64,000 bases of DNA. Source: Balanoglossus misakiensis. Its lineage: Eukaryota; Animalia; Hemichordata. The notes under the pieces are model-generated. The model was given only the letters and a program-made list of their open reading frames with translations. It had not been told where the DNA came from and searched no databases. A program made the translations under genes and the position numbers. The stretch is taken from positions 776,542 to 840,541 of the forward strand of contig CM082583.2 of assembly GCA_040954595.2 (NCBI GenBank). The letters are read 5' to 3'. Shown here piece after piece: positions 1-12,400 of this stretch (its first letter is position 1; each line of letters begins with the position of its first letter).

Positions 1-195
1 AGGCCGTGCCCCCAAATAACGTCGGTGTTTGAAACGCCCTGGTTAAATTCGGGCTTTCTCTATAAATTGACAGGCAATAATGCAGTCCTACCCGAACAAA
101 TGTCGAGTGTTGACCCGCTGTGACTTTCCCTCTTCGGTTTGCCCGACTTAGCCAACGTCTTTGTACTAATGTGTCGGGTCTTTTGCAGAGCCAGG

Positions 196-1030
196 CCGAA
201 GGAAATCCGACTTGATCACCGTTGCTAACGAACGCTAGTGTCTGTCATGGTGTGCCGGGGTTTTAGTCGAGCCAGGCCGTAGGAGATCTGACTTGATCAT
301 CGTGGTCAATGTACGCGTGTTTCCGCTCTAAAGTGCCGGGGCTTCAGCTAAACCATGCCGTAGGAAATCCGACGTAATCACCGTTGATAACTTACGCCAG
401 TCTGTGTCATATAGAGCCGGTGCACCAGCCGAGTCACGCCGTAGGAAATCTTACTTGATCAACGTGGTCAATGTACGCCTGTTTCTGCTCTAGAGTGCCG
501 GGGCTTCAGCTGAGCCAGGCCGTGGGAAACCCGACGTGATTACCGTTGTTAACTTACGCCAGTTTGTGTCCTATATATAGTGCCGGGGCATCAGCCGTGC
601 CAGGCCGAAGGAAATGTGAGTAGATCAACGTGGTCTCTGTACGCGTGTTTCTGCTCTAGAGTGCCAGGGCTTTAGCCAAGCCATGCCGTAGGAAATCTGA
701 CTTGATCAACGTTGCTAACGAACGCTAATGTCTGTCATAGTGTGCCGGGGTTTTAGTCGAGCCAAGCCGTAGGAGATCAGACTTGATCAACGTGGTCTCT
801 GTACGCGTGTTTCTGCTCTAGAGTGCCGGGGCTTTATCCAACCCATGCCGTAGAAAATCTGACTTGATCACCGTTGCTAACGTACGCTAGTGTCTGTCAT
901 ATTGTGACGGAGATTTAGCCGAGCCAGGCCGTAGAAAAATCGACTTGTTCAACGTTACCAGTGTGCAACTGTTTCTGCTCTAGAGTGTCAGGGTTTTAGC
1001 CGACTTATGCTGTAGGAAATCTGAGTTGAT
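196..1030. repeat. 81-bp subrepeat block of the macrosatellite (example copy; alternating types give a 162-bp dimer)
   Basis: CCG(T/A)AGGA(A/G)ATC recurs at 196, 277, 358 and onward (period 81). Monomers alternate between a CGTTGCTAACGAACGCTAGTGTCTGTCAT type and a CGTGGTCAATGTACGCGTGTTTCTGCTCTAGA type. The block is present in every unit. Confidence 0.95.
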
Positions 1031-1099
1031 GAACGGGAATTCAATGTTAGAAAACCCGTGTGGAAAGTATCTCTACCCGTTTGAAACTAAGAAAAGAAT

Positions 1100-1960
1100 T
1101 TATTCTTATTTATTTTGTAAAAAAGACAATTTTTCGAAAAAAAGTCGAAAAATTGCAATTTTGTCTTGGGTGATTCAAATTATACCGCCTTTTCTGGAAT
1201 TTGCAGCACTTTTTACAAGAGAACGACACTTCATGCTCCATAATATTTCCGAAAATGAAGAAAAGAGTTAATTTTTTATGATTTTTCAAAAATTTACCAT
1301 TTTTGTCAAAATATGGCCAAAATGGCTATTTTTCTTGAATTCCGTCAATATCTCTGCATTTTTGGAGTGGTCGAGAGTTTTAACATACAATCAACATGTC
1401 ATATATGATCAGGGCACCAAATTCGAAGAATAAAGGTTTTTTTATTTTTTTTTCTAAAAATGAAATTTTCAAGGAAAATTTGGTCAAACGCAATTTTGTC
1501 TGCAGTGAGCCAAATTAGACGGTCTTTTGTGGAATTTGTATCGATATATACATACGAAGAGCATTCTATACTCCATCAGATTTCCGAAAATGTAGAAAAC
1601 AGGTATTTTTTGTAATTTTCAAAAATTTACCATTTTGACCAAATTGTGGCTAAAATTGTTATTTTCGTAATGAATGCCGCCAGTGTCACTGCTTTTAAAA
1701 GCCATAAAAACTTTTAACACACAAGCAATTGTTTATATATGATCAGGTCACCGAATTAAAAATATAAAGAATGTTTGGCCTAAAAATGACCTTTTTGGTG
1801 CAAAAACGAATAAAACGCAATCTTGTATTAAATCAGTTCATTCAGAGTGCATGTTTTATAATAAGCACCATTTTTACATATAATGGAAATTTCATACATC
1901 ATCAGATATCCAAATATGAAAAAATGATTTAGATTTTAGATGATTGTCCAAAATTAGCTG
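1100..1960. repeat. AT-rich ~335-bp diverged subrepeat block of the macrosatellite (example copy, about 2.5 copies)
   Basis: TTTCCGAAAATG occurs at ~1247 and ~1582, ATATATGATCAGG at ~1401 and ~1735, and AAAAATTTACCATTTT twice. A more diverged third partial copy (CATCAGATATCCAAATATGAA) is at ~1900. Confidence 0.85.
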
Positions 1961-4900
1961 ATATCTAATAAATGTAGTATTGAACCGTTCTGTCCCCCCC
2001 CCCCTTACATTATATGCGGTACGCCGATGTCAGCTTACCCGGCAGTACTGTAGGCCGTGCCCCCAACAAACGTCGGTGTTTGAAACGCCCTGGTTAAATT
2101 CGGGCTCTCTCTATAAATCGACAGGCAATAATGCAGTCCTACCGGAACAAATGTCGAGTGTTGACCCGCTGCGACTTTCCGTCTTTGGTTTGCCCAACTT
2201 AGCCAACGTCTTTGTACTAGAGTGTCGGGTCTTTTGCAGAGCCAGGCCGAAGGAAATCCGACTTGATCACCGTTGCTAACGAACGCTAGTGTCTGTCATG
2301 GTGTGCCGGGGTTTTAGTCGAGCCAGGCCGTAGGAGATCTGACTTGATCATCGTGGTCAATGTACGCGTGTTTCCGCTCTAAAGTGCCGGGGCTTCAGCT
2401 AAACCAGGCCGTAGGAAATCCGACGTAATCACCGTTGATAACTTACGCCAGTCTGTGTCATATAGAGCCGGTGCACCAGCCGAGTCACGCCGTAGGAAAT
2501 CTGACTTGATCAACGTGGTCAATGTACGCCTGTTTCTGCTCTAGAGTGCCGGGGCTTCAGCTGAGCCAGGCCGTAGGAAACCCGACGTGATTACCGTTGT
2601 TAACTTACGCCAGTTTGTGTCCTATATATAGTGCCGGGGCATCAGCCGTGCCAGGCCGAAGGAAATGTGAGTAGATCAACGTGGTCTCTGTACGCGTGTT
2701 TCTGCTCTAGAGTGCCAGGGCTTTAGCCAAGCCATGCCGTAGTAAATCTGACTTGATCAACGTTGCTTACGAACGCTAGTGTCTGTCATAGTGTGCCGGG
2801 GTTTTAGTCGAGCCAAGCCGTAGGAGATCAGACTTGATCAACGTGGTCTCTGTACGCGTGTTTCTGCTCTAGAGTGCCGGGGCTTTATCCAAGCCATGCC
2901 GTAGAAAATCTGTCTTGATCACCGTTGCTAACGTACGATAGTGTCTGTCATAGTGTGCCGGGGTTTTAGTCGAGCCAAGCCGTAGGAGATCAGACTTGAT
3001 CAACGTGGTCTCTGTACGCGTGTTTCTGCTCTAGAGTGCCGGGGCTTTATCCGAGCTATGCCGTAGAAAATCTGACTTGATCACCGTTGCTAACTTACGC
3101 TAGTGTCTGTCATATTGTGACGGAGATTTAGCCGAGCCAGGCCGTAGAAAAATCGACTTGTTCAACGTTACCAGTGTGCAACTGTTTCTGCTCTAGAGTG
3201 TCAGGGTTTTAGCCGACTTGTGCTGTAGGAAATCTGAGTTGATGAACGGGAATTCAATGTTAGAAAACCCGTGTGTAAAGTATCTCTACCCGTTTGAAAC
3301 TAAGAAAAGAATTTATTCGTATTTATTTTGTAAAACAAGACAATTTTTCGAAAAAAAGTCGAAAATGGTAATTTTGTCTTGGGTGATTCAAATTATACCA
3401 CATTTTCTGGAATTTGCAGCACTTTTTACAAGAGAACGACACTTCATGCTCCATAATATTTCCGAAAATGAAGAAAAGAGTTTATTTTTTATGATTTTTT
3501 AAAAATGTACCATTTTGTCAAAATATGGCCAAAATGGCTATTTTTTCTTGATTTCCGTCAATATCTCTGCATTTTTGGAGTGGTCGAAAGTTTTAACATA
3601 CAATCAACATGTCATATATGATCAGGGCACCAAATTCGAAGAACGAAGGTTTTTTTATTTTATTTTTCTAAAAATGACATTTTCAAGGAAAATTTGGTAA
3701 AACGCAATTTTGTCTGCAGTGAGCCAAATTAGACGGTCTTTTGTGGAATTTGTATCGATATATATATACGAAGAGCATTCTATACTCCATCAGATTTCCG
3801 AAAATGTAGAAAACAGGTATTTTTTGTAATTTTCAAAAATTTACCATTTTGACCAAATTGTGGTTAAAATTGTTATTTTCGTGTTGAATGCCGCCAGTGT
3901 CACTGCTTTTAAAAGTCATAAAAACTTTTAACATGCAAGCAATTGCTTATATATGATCAGGCCACCGAATTAAAAAAATAAAGAATGTTTTGCCTAAAAA
4001 TGACCTTTTTGGTGCAAAAACGAATAAAACGCAATTTTGTATTAAATCAGCTCATTCAGAGTGCATTTTTTATAATCAGCACCATTTTTACATATATTGA
4101 AAATTTCATACATCATCAGATATCCAAATATGAAAAAATGATTTAGATTTTAGATGATTGTCCAAAATTAGCTGATATCTAATAAATGTAGTATTGAACC
4201 GTTCTGTCCCCCCCCTACATTATATGCGGTACGCCGATGTCACCTTACCCGGCAGTACTGCAGGCCGTGCCCCCAACTAACGTCGGTGTTTGAAGCGCCC
4301 TGGTTAAATTCGGGCTTTCTCTATAAATTAACAGGCAATAATGCAGTCCTACCCGAACAAATGTCGAGTGTTGACCCGCTGTGACTTTCCCTCTTCGGTT
4401 TGCCCGACTTAGCCAACGTCTTTGTACTAGAGGGTCGGGTCTTTTGCCGAGCCAGGCCGAAGGAAATCCGACTTGATCACCGTTGCTAACGAACGCTAGT
4501 GTCTGTCATGGTGTGCCGGGGTTTTAGTCGAACCAGGCCGTAGGAAATCTGACTTGATCAACGTGGTCAATGTACGCCTGTTTCTGCTCTAGAGTGCCGG
4601 GGCTTCAGCTGATCCAGGCCGTACGAAACCCGACGTGATTACCGTTGTTAACTTACGCCAGTCTGTGTCCTATATATAGTGCGGGGCATCAGCCGTGCCA
4701 GGCCTAAGGAAATGTGAGTAGATCAATGTGGTCTCTGTACGCGTGTTTCTGCTCTAGAATGCCAGGGCTTTAGCCAAGCCATGCCGTAGGAAATCTGACT
4801 TGATCAACGTTGCTAACGAACGCTAGTGTCTGTCATAGTGTGCCGGGGTTTTAGTCGAGCCAAGCCGTAGGAGATCTGACTTGATCATCGTGGTCAATGT

Positions 4901-7900
4901 ACGCGTGTTTCCGCTCTAAAGTGCCGGGGCTTGAGCTAAACCAGGCCGTAGGAAATCCGACGTAATCACCGTTGATAACTTACGCCAGTCTGTGTCATAT
5001 AGAGCCGGTGCACCAGCGGAGTCACGCCGTAGGACATCTGACTTGATCAACGTGGTCAATGTACGCCTGTTTCTGCTCTAGAGTGCCGGGGCTTCAGCTG
5101 AGCCAGGCCGTAGGAAACCCGACGTGATTACCGTTGTTAACTTACGCCAGTCTGTGTCCTATATATAGTGCCGGGGCATCAGCTGTGCCAGGCCGAAGGA
5201 AATGGGAGTAGATCAACGTGGTCTCTGTACGCGTGTTTCTGCTCTAGAGTGCCAGGGCTTTAGCCAAGCCATGCCGTAGGAAATCTGACTTGATCAACGT
5301 TGCTAATAAACGCTAGTGTCTGTCATAGTGTGCCGGGGTTTTAGTCGAGCCAAGCCGTAGGAGATCAGACTTGATCAACGTGGTCTCTGTACGCGTGTTT
5401 CTGCTCTAGAGTGCCGGGGCTTTATCCCAGCCATGCCGTAGAAAATCTGACTTGATCACCGTTGCTAACGTGCGCTAGTGTCTGTCATATTGTGACGGAG
5501 ATTTAGCCGAGCCAGGCCGTAGAAAAATCGACTTGTTCAACGTAACCATTGTGCAACTGTTTCTGCTCTAGAGTGTCAGGGTTTTTGCCGACTTATGCTG
5601 TAGGAAATCTGAGTTGATGAATGGGAATTCAATGTTAAAAAACCCGTGTGGAAAGTGACTCTACCCTTTTGAAACTAAGAAAATAATTTATTCTTATTTA
5701 TTTTGTAAAAATCACAATTTTTCGAAAAAAAGTCGAAAATGGTAATTTTGTCATGGGTGATTCAAATTATACCGCCTTTTCTGGAATTTGCAGCACTTTT
5801 TACAAGAGAACGACACTTCATGCTCCATAATATTTCCGAAAATGAAGAAAAGAGTTAATTTTTTATGATTTTTTAAAAATTTACCATTTTTGTCAAAATA
5901 TGGCCAAAATGGCTATTTTTTCTTGAATTCCGTCAATATCTCTGCATTTTTGGAGTGGTCGAAAGTTTTAACATACAATCAACATGTCATATATGATCAG
6001 GGCACCAAATTCGAAGAACAAAGGTTTTTTTTATTTTTTTTTCTAAAAATGACATTTTCAAGGAAAATTTTGTAAAACGCAATTTTGTCTGCAGTGAGCC
6101 AAATTGGCCGTTTTTTTTGTGGAATTTGTATCGATATATGTATACGAAGAGCATTCTATACTCCATCAGATTTCCGAAAATGTAGAAAACAGGTATTTTT
6201 TGTAATTTTCAAAAATTTACCATTTTGACCGAATTGTGGCTAAAATTGTTATTTTCGTGTTGAATGCCGCCAGTGTCACTGCTTTTAAAAGTCATTAAAA
6301 CTTTTAATATACAAGCAATTGTTTATATATGATCAGGTCACCGAATTTAAAGAATAAAGAATGTTTTCCCTTAAAATGACCTTTTTGGTGCAAAAACGAA
6401 TAAAACGCAATTTTGTATTAAATCAGCTCATTCAGAGTGCATTTTTTATAATCAGCACCATTTTTACATATAATGGAAATTTCATACATCATCAGATATC
6501 CAAATATGAAAAAATGATTTAGATTTTAGATGATTGTCCAAAAGTAGCTGATATCTAATAAATATAGTATTGAACCGTTCTGTCCCCCCCCCTACATTAA
6601 ATGCGGTACGCCGATGTCAGCTTACCCGTCAGTACTGCAGGCCGTGCCCACAACTAACGTCGGTGTTTGAAACGCCCTGGTTAAATTCGGGCTTTCTCTA
6701 TAAATTGACAGGCAATAATGTAGTCCTACCGGAACAAATGTCGAGTGTTGACCCGCTGTGACTTTCCCTCTTCGGTTTGCCCGACTTAGCCAACGTCTTT
6801 GTACTAATGTGTCGGGTGTTTTGCAGAGCCAGGCCGAAGGAAATCCGACTTGATCACCGTTGCTAACGAACGCTAGTGTCTGTCATGGTGTGCCGGGGTT
6901 TTAGTCGAGCCAGGCCGTAGGAGATCTGACTGGATCATCGTGGTCAATGTACGCGTGTTTCCGCTCTAAAGTGCCGGGGCTTCAGCTAAACCAGGCCGTA
7001 GGAAACCCGACGTGATTACCGTTGTTAACTTACGCCAGTCTGTGTCCTATATATAGTGCCGGGGCATCAGCCGTGCCAGGCCGAAGGAAATGTGAGAAGA
7101 TCAACGTGGTCTCTGTACGCGTGTTTCTGCTCTAGAGTGCCAGGGCTTTAGTTAAGCCATGCCGTAGGAATTCTGACTTGATCAAAGTTGCTAACGAACG
7201 CTAGTGTCTGTCATAGTGTGCCGGGGTTTTAGTCGAGCCAAGCCGTAGGAGATCAGACTTGATCAACGTGGTCTCTGTACGCGTGTTTCTGCTCTAGAGT
7301 GCCGGGGCTTTATCTAAGCCATGCCGTAGAAAATCTGACTTGATCACCGTTGCTAACGTACGCTAGTGTCTGTCATATTGTGACGGAGATTTAGTCGAGC
7401 CAGGTCGTAGAAAAATCGACTTGTTCAACGTTACCAGTGTGCAACTGTTTCTGCTCTAGAGTGTCAGGGTTTTAGCCGACTTATGCTGTAGGAAATCTGA
7501 GTTGATGAACGGGAATTCAATGTTAGAAAACCCGTGTGGAAAGTATCTCTACCCGTTTGAAACTAAGAAAAGAATTTATTCTTATTTATTTTGTAAAAAA
7601 GACAATTTTTCGAAAAAAAGTTGAAAATGGTAATTTTGTCTTGGGTGATTCAAATTATACCGCCTTTTCTGGAATTTGCAGCACTTTTTGCAAGAGAACG
7701 ACACTTCATGCTCCATAATATTTCCGAAAATGAAGAAAAGAGTTAATTTTTTATGATTTTTCAAAAATTTACCATTTTTGTCAAAATATGGCCAAAATGG
7801 CTATTTTTCTTGAATTCCGTCAATATCTCTGCATTTTTGGAGTGGTCGAGAGTTTTAACATACAATCAACATGTCATATATGATCAGGGCACCAAATTCG

Positions 7901-9255
7901 AAGAACAAAGGTTTTTTTATTTTTTTTTCTAAAAATGACATTTTCAAGGAAAATTTGGTAAAACGCAATTTTGTCTGCAGTGAGCCAAATTAGACGGTCT
8001 TTTGTGGAATTTGTATCGATATATACATACGAAGAGCATTCTATACTCCATCAGATTTCCGAAAATGTAGAAAACAGGTATTTTTTGTAATTTTCAAAAA
8101 TTTACCATTTTGACCAAATTGTGGCTAAAATTGTTATTTTCGTTATGAATGCCGCCAGTGTCACTGCTTTTAAAAGTCATAAAAACTTTTAACATACAAG
8201 CAATTGTTTATATATGATCAGGTCACCGAATTAAAAATATAAAGAATGTTTTGCCTAAAAATGACCTTTTTGGTGCAAAAACGAATAAAACGCAATCTTG
8301 TATTAAATCAGTTCATTCAGAGTGCATGTTTTATAATAAGCACCATTTTTACATATAATGGAAATTTCATACATCATCAGATATCCAAATATGAAAAAAT
8401 GATTTAGATTTTAGATGATTGTCCAAAATTAACTGATATCTAATAAATGTAGTATTGAACCGTTCTGTCCCCCCCCCCCCCCTTACATTATATGCGGTAC
8501 GCCGATGTCAGCTTACCCGGCAGTACTGCATGCCGTGCCCCCAACTAACGTCGGTGTTTGGAACGCCCTGGTTAAATTCGGGCTTTCTCTATAAATTGAC
8601 AGGCAATAATGCAGTCCTACCCGACCAAATGTCGAGTGTTGACCCGCTGTGACTTTCCCTCTTCGGTTTGCCCGACTTAGCCAACGTCTTTGTACTAGAG
8701 TGTCGGGTCTTTTGCAGAGCCAGGCCGAAGGAAATCCGACTTGATCACCGTTGCTAACGAACGCTAGTGTCTGTCATGGTGTGCCGGGGTTTTAGTCGAG
8801 CCAGGCCGTAGGAGATCTGACTTGATCATCGTGGTCAATGTACGCGTGTTTCCGCTCTAAAGTGCCGGGGCTTCAGCTAAACCAGGCCGTAGGAAATCCG
8901 ACGTAATCACCGTTGATAACTTACGCCAGTCTGTGTCATATAGAGCCGGTGCACCAGCCGAGTCACGCCGTAGGAAATCTGACTTGATCAACGTGGTCAA
9001 TGTACGCCTGTTTCTGCTCTAGAGTGCCAGGGCTTCAGCTGAGCCAGGCCGTAGGAAACCCGACGTGATTACCGTTGTTAACTTACGCCAGTCTGTGTCC
9101 TATATATAGTGCCGGGGCATCAGCCGTGCCAGGCCGAAGGAAATGTTAGTCGATCAACGTGGTCTCTGTACGCGTGTTTCTGCTCTAGAGTGTCAGGGCT
9201 TTAGCAAAGCCATGCCGTAGGAAATCTGACTTGATCAACGTTGCTAACGAACGCT

Positions 9256-9442
9256 CAATATTTTTAAGCGTAATTTGAAAACATACCTTTTTACTCGGTT
9301 TTATGTGTAACGTGTTCGATTGTGTCCTTTTAACTATTTTTACCAGCCTTGTATTTTTTAATCTACTGTTTTAGCTGTGCACAATGCGCTGAGACGTATG
9401 TGTAGCGCATTTTAAACAATTCTTAATAATAATAATAATAAT
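9256..9442 (+). mobile_element. 5'-truncated non-LTR retrotransposon/SINE 3' end inserted in the satellite
   Basis: 187-bp insertion absent from most units and flanked by a direct repeat AACGCT (9250-9255, 9443-9448). It ends in a stem-loop (ATGCGCT...AGCGCAT) followed by a (TAA)n tail, the layout of L2/CR1-group 3' ends. Confidence 0.8.
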
Positions 9443-12400
9443 AACGCTAGTGTCTGTCATAGTGTGCCGGGGTTTTAGTCGAGCCAAGCCGTAGGAGATC
9501 AGACTTCATCAACGTGGTCTCTGTACGCGTGTTTCTGCTCTAGAGTGCCGGGGCTTTATCCAAGCCATGCCGTAGAAAATCTGACTTGATCACCGTTGCT
9601 AACGTACGCTAGTGTCTGTCATATTGTGACGGAGATTTAGCCGAGCCAGGCCGTAGAAAAATCGACTTGTTCAACGTTACCAGTGTGCAACTGTTTCTGC
9701 TCTAGAGTGTCTGGGTTTTAGCCGACTTATGCTGTAGGAAATCTGAGTTGATGAACGGGAATTCAATGTTAGAAAACCCGTGTGGAAAGTATCTCTACCC
9801 GTTTGAAACTAAGAAAAGAATTTATTCTTATTTTATTTCTAAAAATGACATTTTCAAGGAAAATTTGGTAATACGCAATTTTGTCTGCAGTGAGCCAAAT
9901 TAGACGGTCTTTTGTGGAATTTGTATCGATATATACATACGAAGAGCATTCTATACTCCATCAGATTTCCGAAAATGTAGAAAACATGTATTTTTTGTAA
10001 TTTTCAAAAATTTACCATTTTGACCAAATTGTGGCTAAAATTGTTATTTTCGTGTTGAATGCCGCCAGTGTCACTGCTTTTAAAAGTCATAAAAAATTTC
10101 AACATACAAGCAATTGTTTATATATGATCAGGTCACCGAATTAAAAAAATAAAGAATGTTTTGCCTAAAAATGACCTTTTTGGTGCAAAAACGAATAAAA
10201 CGCAATTTTGTATTAAATCAGCTCATTCAGAGTGCATTTTTTATAATCAGCACCATTTTTACATATAATGGAAATTTCATACATCATCAGATATCCAAAT
10301 ATGAAAAAATGATTTAGATTTTAGATGATTGTCCAAAATTCGCTGATATTTAATAAATGTAGTAATGAACCGTTCTGTCCCCCCCCCCCCCTACATTATA
10401 TGCGGTACGCCGATGTCAGCTTACCCGGCAGTACTGCAGGCCGTGCCCCCAACTAACGTCGGTGTTTGAAACGCCCTGGTTAAATTCGGGCTTTCTCTAT
10501 AAATTGACAGGCAATAATGCAGTCCTACCCGACCAAATGTCGAGTGTTGACCCGCTGTGACTTTCCCTCTTCGGTTTGCCCGACTTAGCCAACGTCTTTG
10601 TACTAATGAGTCGGGTCTTTTGCAGAGCCAGGCCGAAGGAAATCCGACTTGACCACCGTTGCTAACGAACGCTAGTGTCTGTCATGGTGTGCCGGGGTTT
10701 AGTCGAGCCAGGCCGTAGGAGATCTGACTTGATCATCGTGGTCAATGTACGCGTGTTTCCGCTCTAAAGTGCCGGGGCTTCAGCTAAACCAGGCCGTAGG
10801 AAATCCGACTTGATCACCGTTGCTAACGAACGCTAGTGTCTGTCATGGTGTGCCGGGGTTTTAGTCGAGCCAGGCCGTAGGAGATCTGACTTGATCATCG
10901 TGGTCAATGTACGCGTGTTTCCGCTCTAAAGTGCCGGGGCTTCAGCTAAACCAGGCCGTAGGAAATCCGTCGTAATCACCGTTGATAACTTACGCCAGTC
11001 TGTGTCATATAGAGCCGGTGCACCAGCCGAGTCACGCCGTAGGAAATCTGACTTGATCAACGTGGTCAATGTACGCCTGTTTCTGCTCTAGAGTGCCGGG
11101 GCTTCAGCTGAGCCAGGCCGTAGGAAACCCGACGTGATTACAGTTGTTAACTTACGCCAGTCTGTGTCCTATATATAGTGCCGGGGCATCAGCCGTGCCA
11201 GGCCGAAGGAAATGTGAGTAGATCAACGTGGTCTCTGTACGCGTGTTTCTGCTCTAGAGTGCCAGGGCTTTAGCCAAGCCATGCCGTAGGAAATCTGACT
11301 TGATCAACGTTGCTAACGAACGCTAGTGTCTGTCATAGTGTGCCGGGGTTTTAGTCGAGCCAAGCCGTAGGAGATCAGACTTGATCAACGTGGTCTCTGT
11401 ACGCGTGTTTCTGCTCTAGAGTGCCGGGGCTTTATCCGAGCTATGCCGTAGAAAATCTGACTTGATCACCGTTGCTAACTTACGCTAGTGTCTGTCATAT
11501 TGTGACGGAGATTTAGCCGAGCCAGGCCGTAGAAAAATCGACTTTTTCAACGTTACCAGTGTGCAACTGTTTCTGCTCTAGAGTGTCAGGGTTTTAGCCG
11601 ACTTGTGCTGTAGGAAATCTGAGTTGATGAACGGGAATTCAATGTTAGAAAACCCGTGTGTAAAGTATCTCTACCCGTTTGAAACTAAGAAAAGAATTTA
11701 TTCTTATTTATTTTGTAAAACAAGACAATTTTTCGAAAAAAAGTCGAAAATGGTAATTTTGTCTTGGGTCATTCAAATTATACCGCCTTTTCTGGAATTT
11801 GCAGCACTTTTTACAAGAGAACGACACTTCATGCTCCATAATATTTCCGAAAATGAAGAAAAGAGTTAATTTTTTATGATTTTTTAAAAAATTACCATTT
11901 TTGTCAAAATATGGCCAAAATGGCTATTTTTTCTTGAATTCCGTCAATATCTCTGCATTTTTGGAGTGGTCGAAAGTTTTAACATACAATCAACATGTCA
12001 TATATGATCAGGGTACCAAATTCGAAGAACAAAGTTTTTTTTAGTTTTTTTTCTAAAAATGACATTTTCAAGGAACATTTGGTAAAACGCAATTTTGTCT
12101 GCAGTGAGCCAAATTAGATTGTCTTTTGTGGAATTTGTATCGATATATACATACGAAGAGCATTCTATACTCCATCAGATTTCCGAAAATGTAGAGAACA
12201 GGTATTTTTTGTAATTTTCAAAAATTTACCATTTTGACCAAATTATGGCTAAAATTGTTATTTTCGTGTTGAATGCCGCCAGTGTCACTGCTTTTAAAAG
12301 TCATAAAAACTTTTAACATACAAGCAATTGTTTATATATGATCAGGTCACCGAATTAAAAAAAATAAAGAATGTTTGGCCTAAAAATGACCTTTATGGTG

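Noticed and set aside
196-1030. 81-bp (27-codon) repeat as a coding tandem repeat or CRISPR array
   Set aside because: The frames I translated contain recurrent stops. The 'spacers' are homologous to each other rather than unique, there are no cas genes, and the context is eukaryotic.
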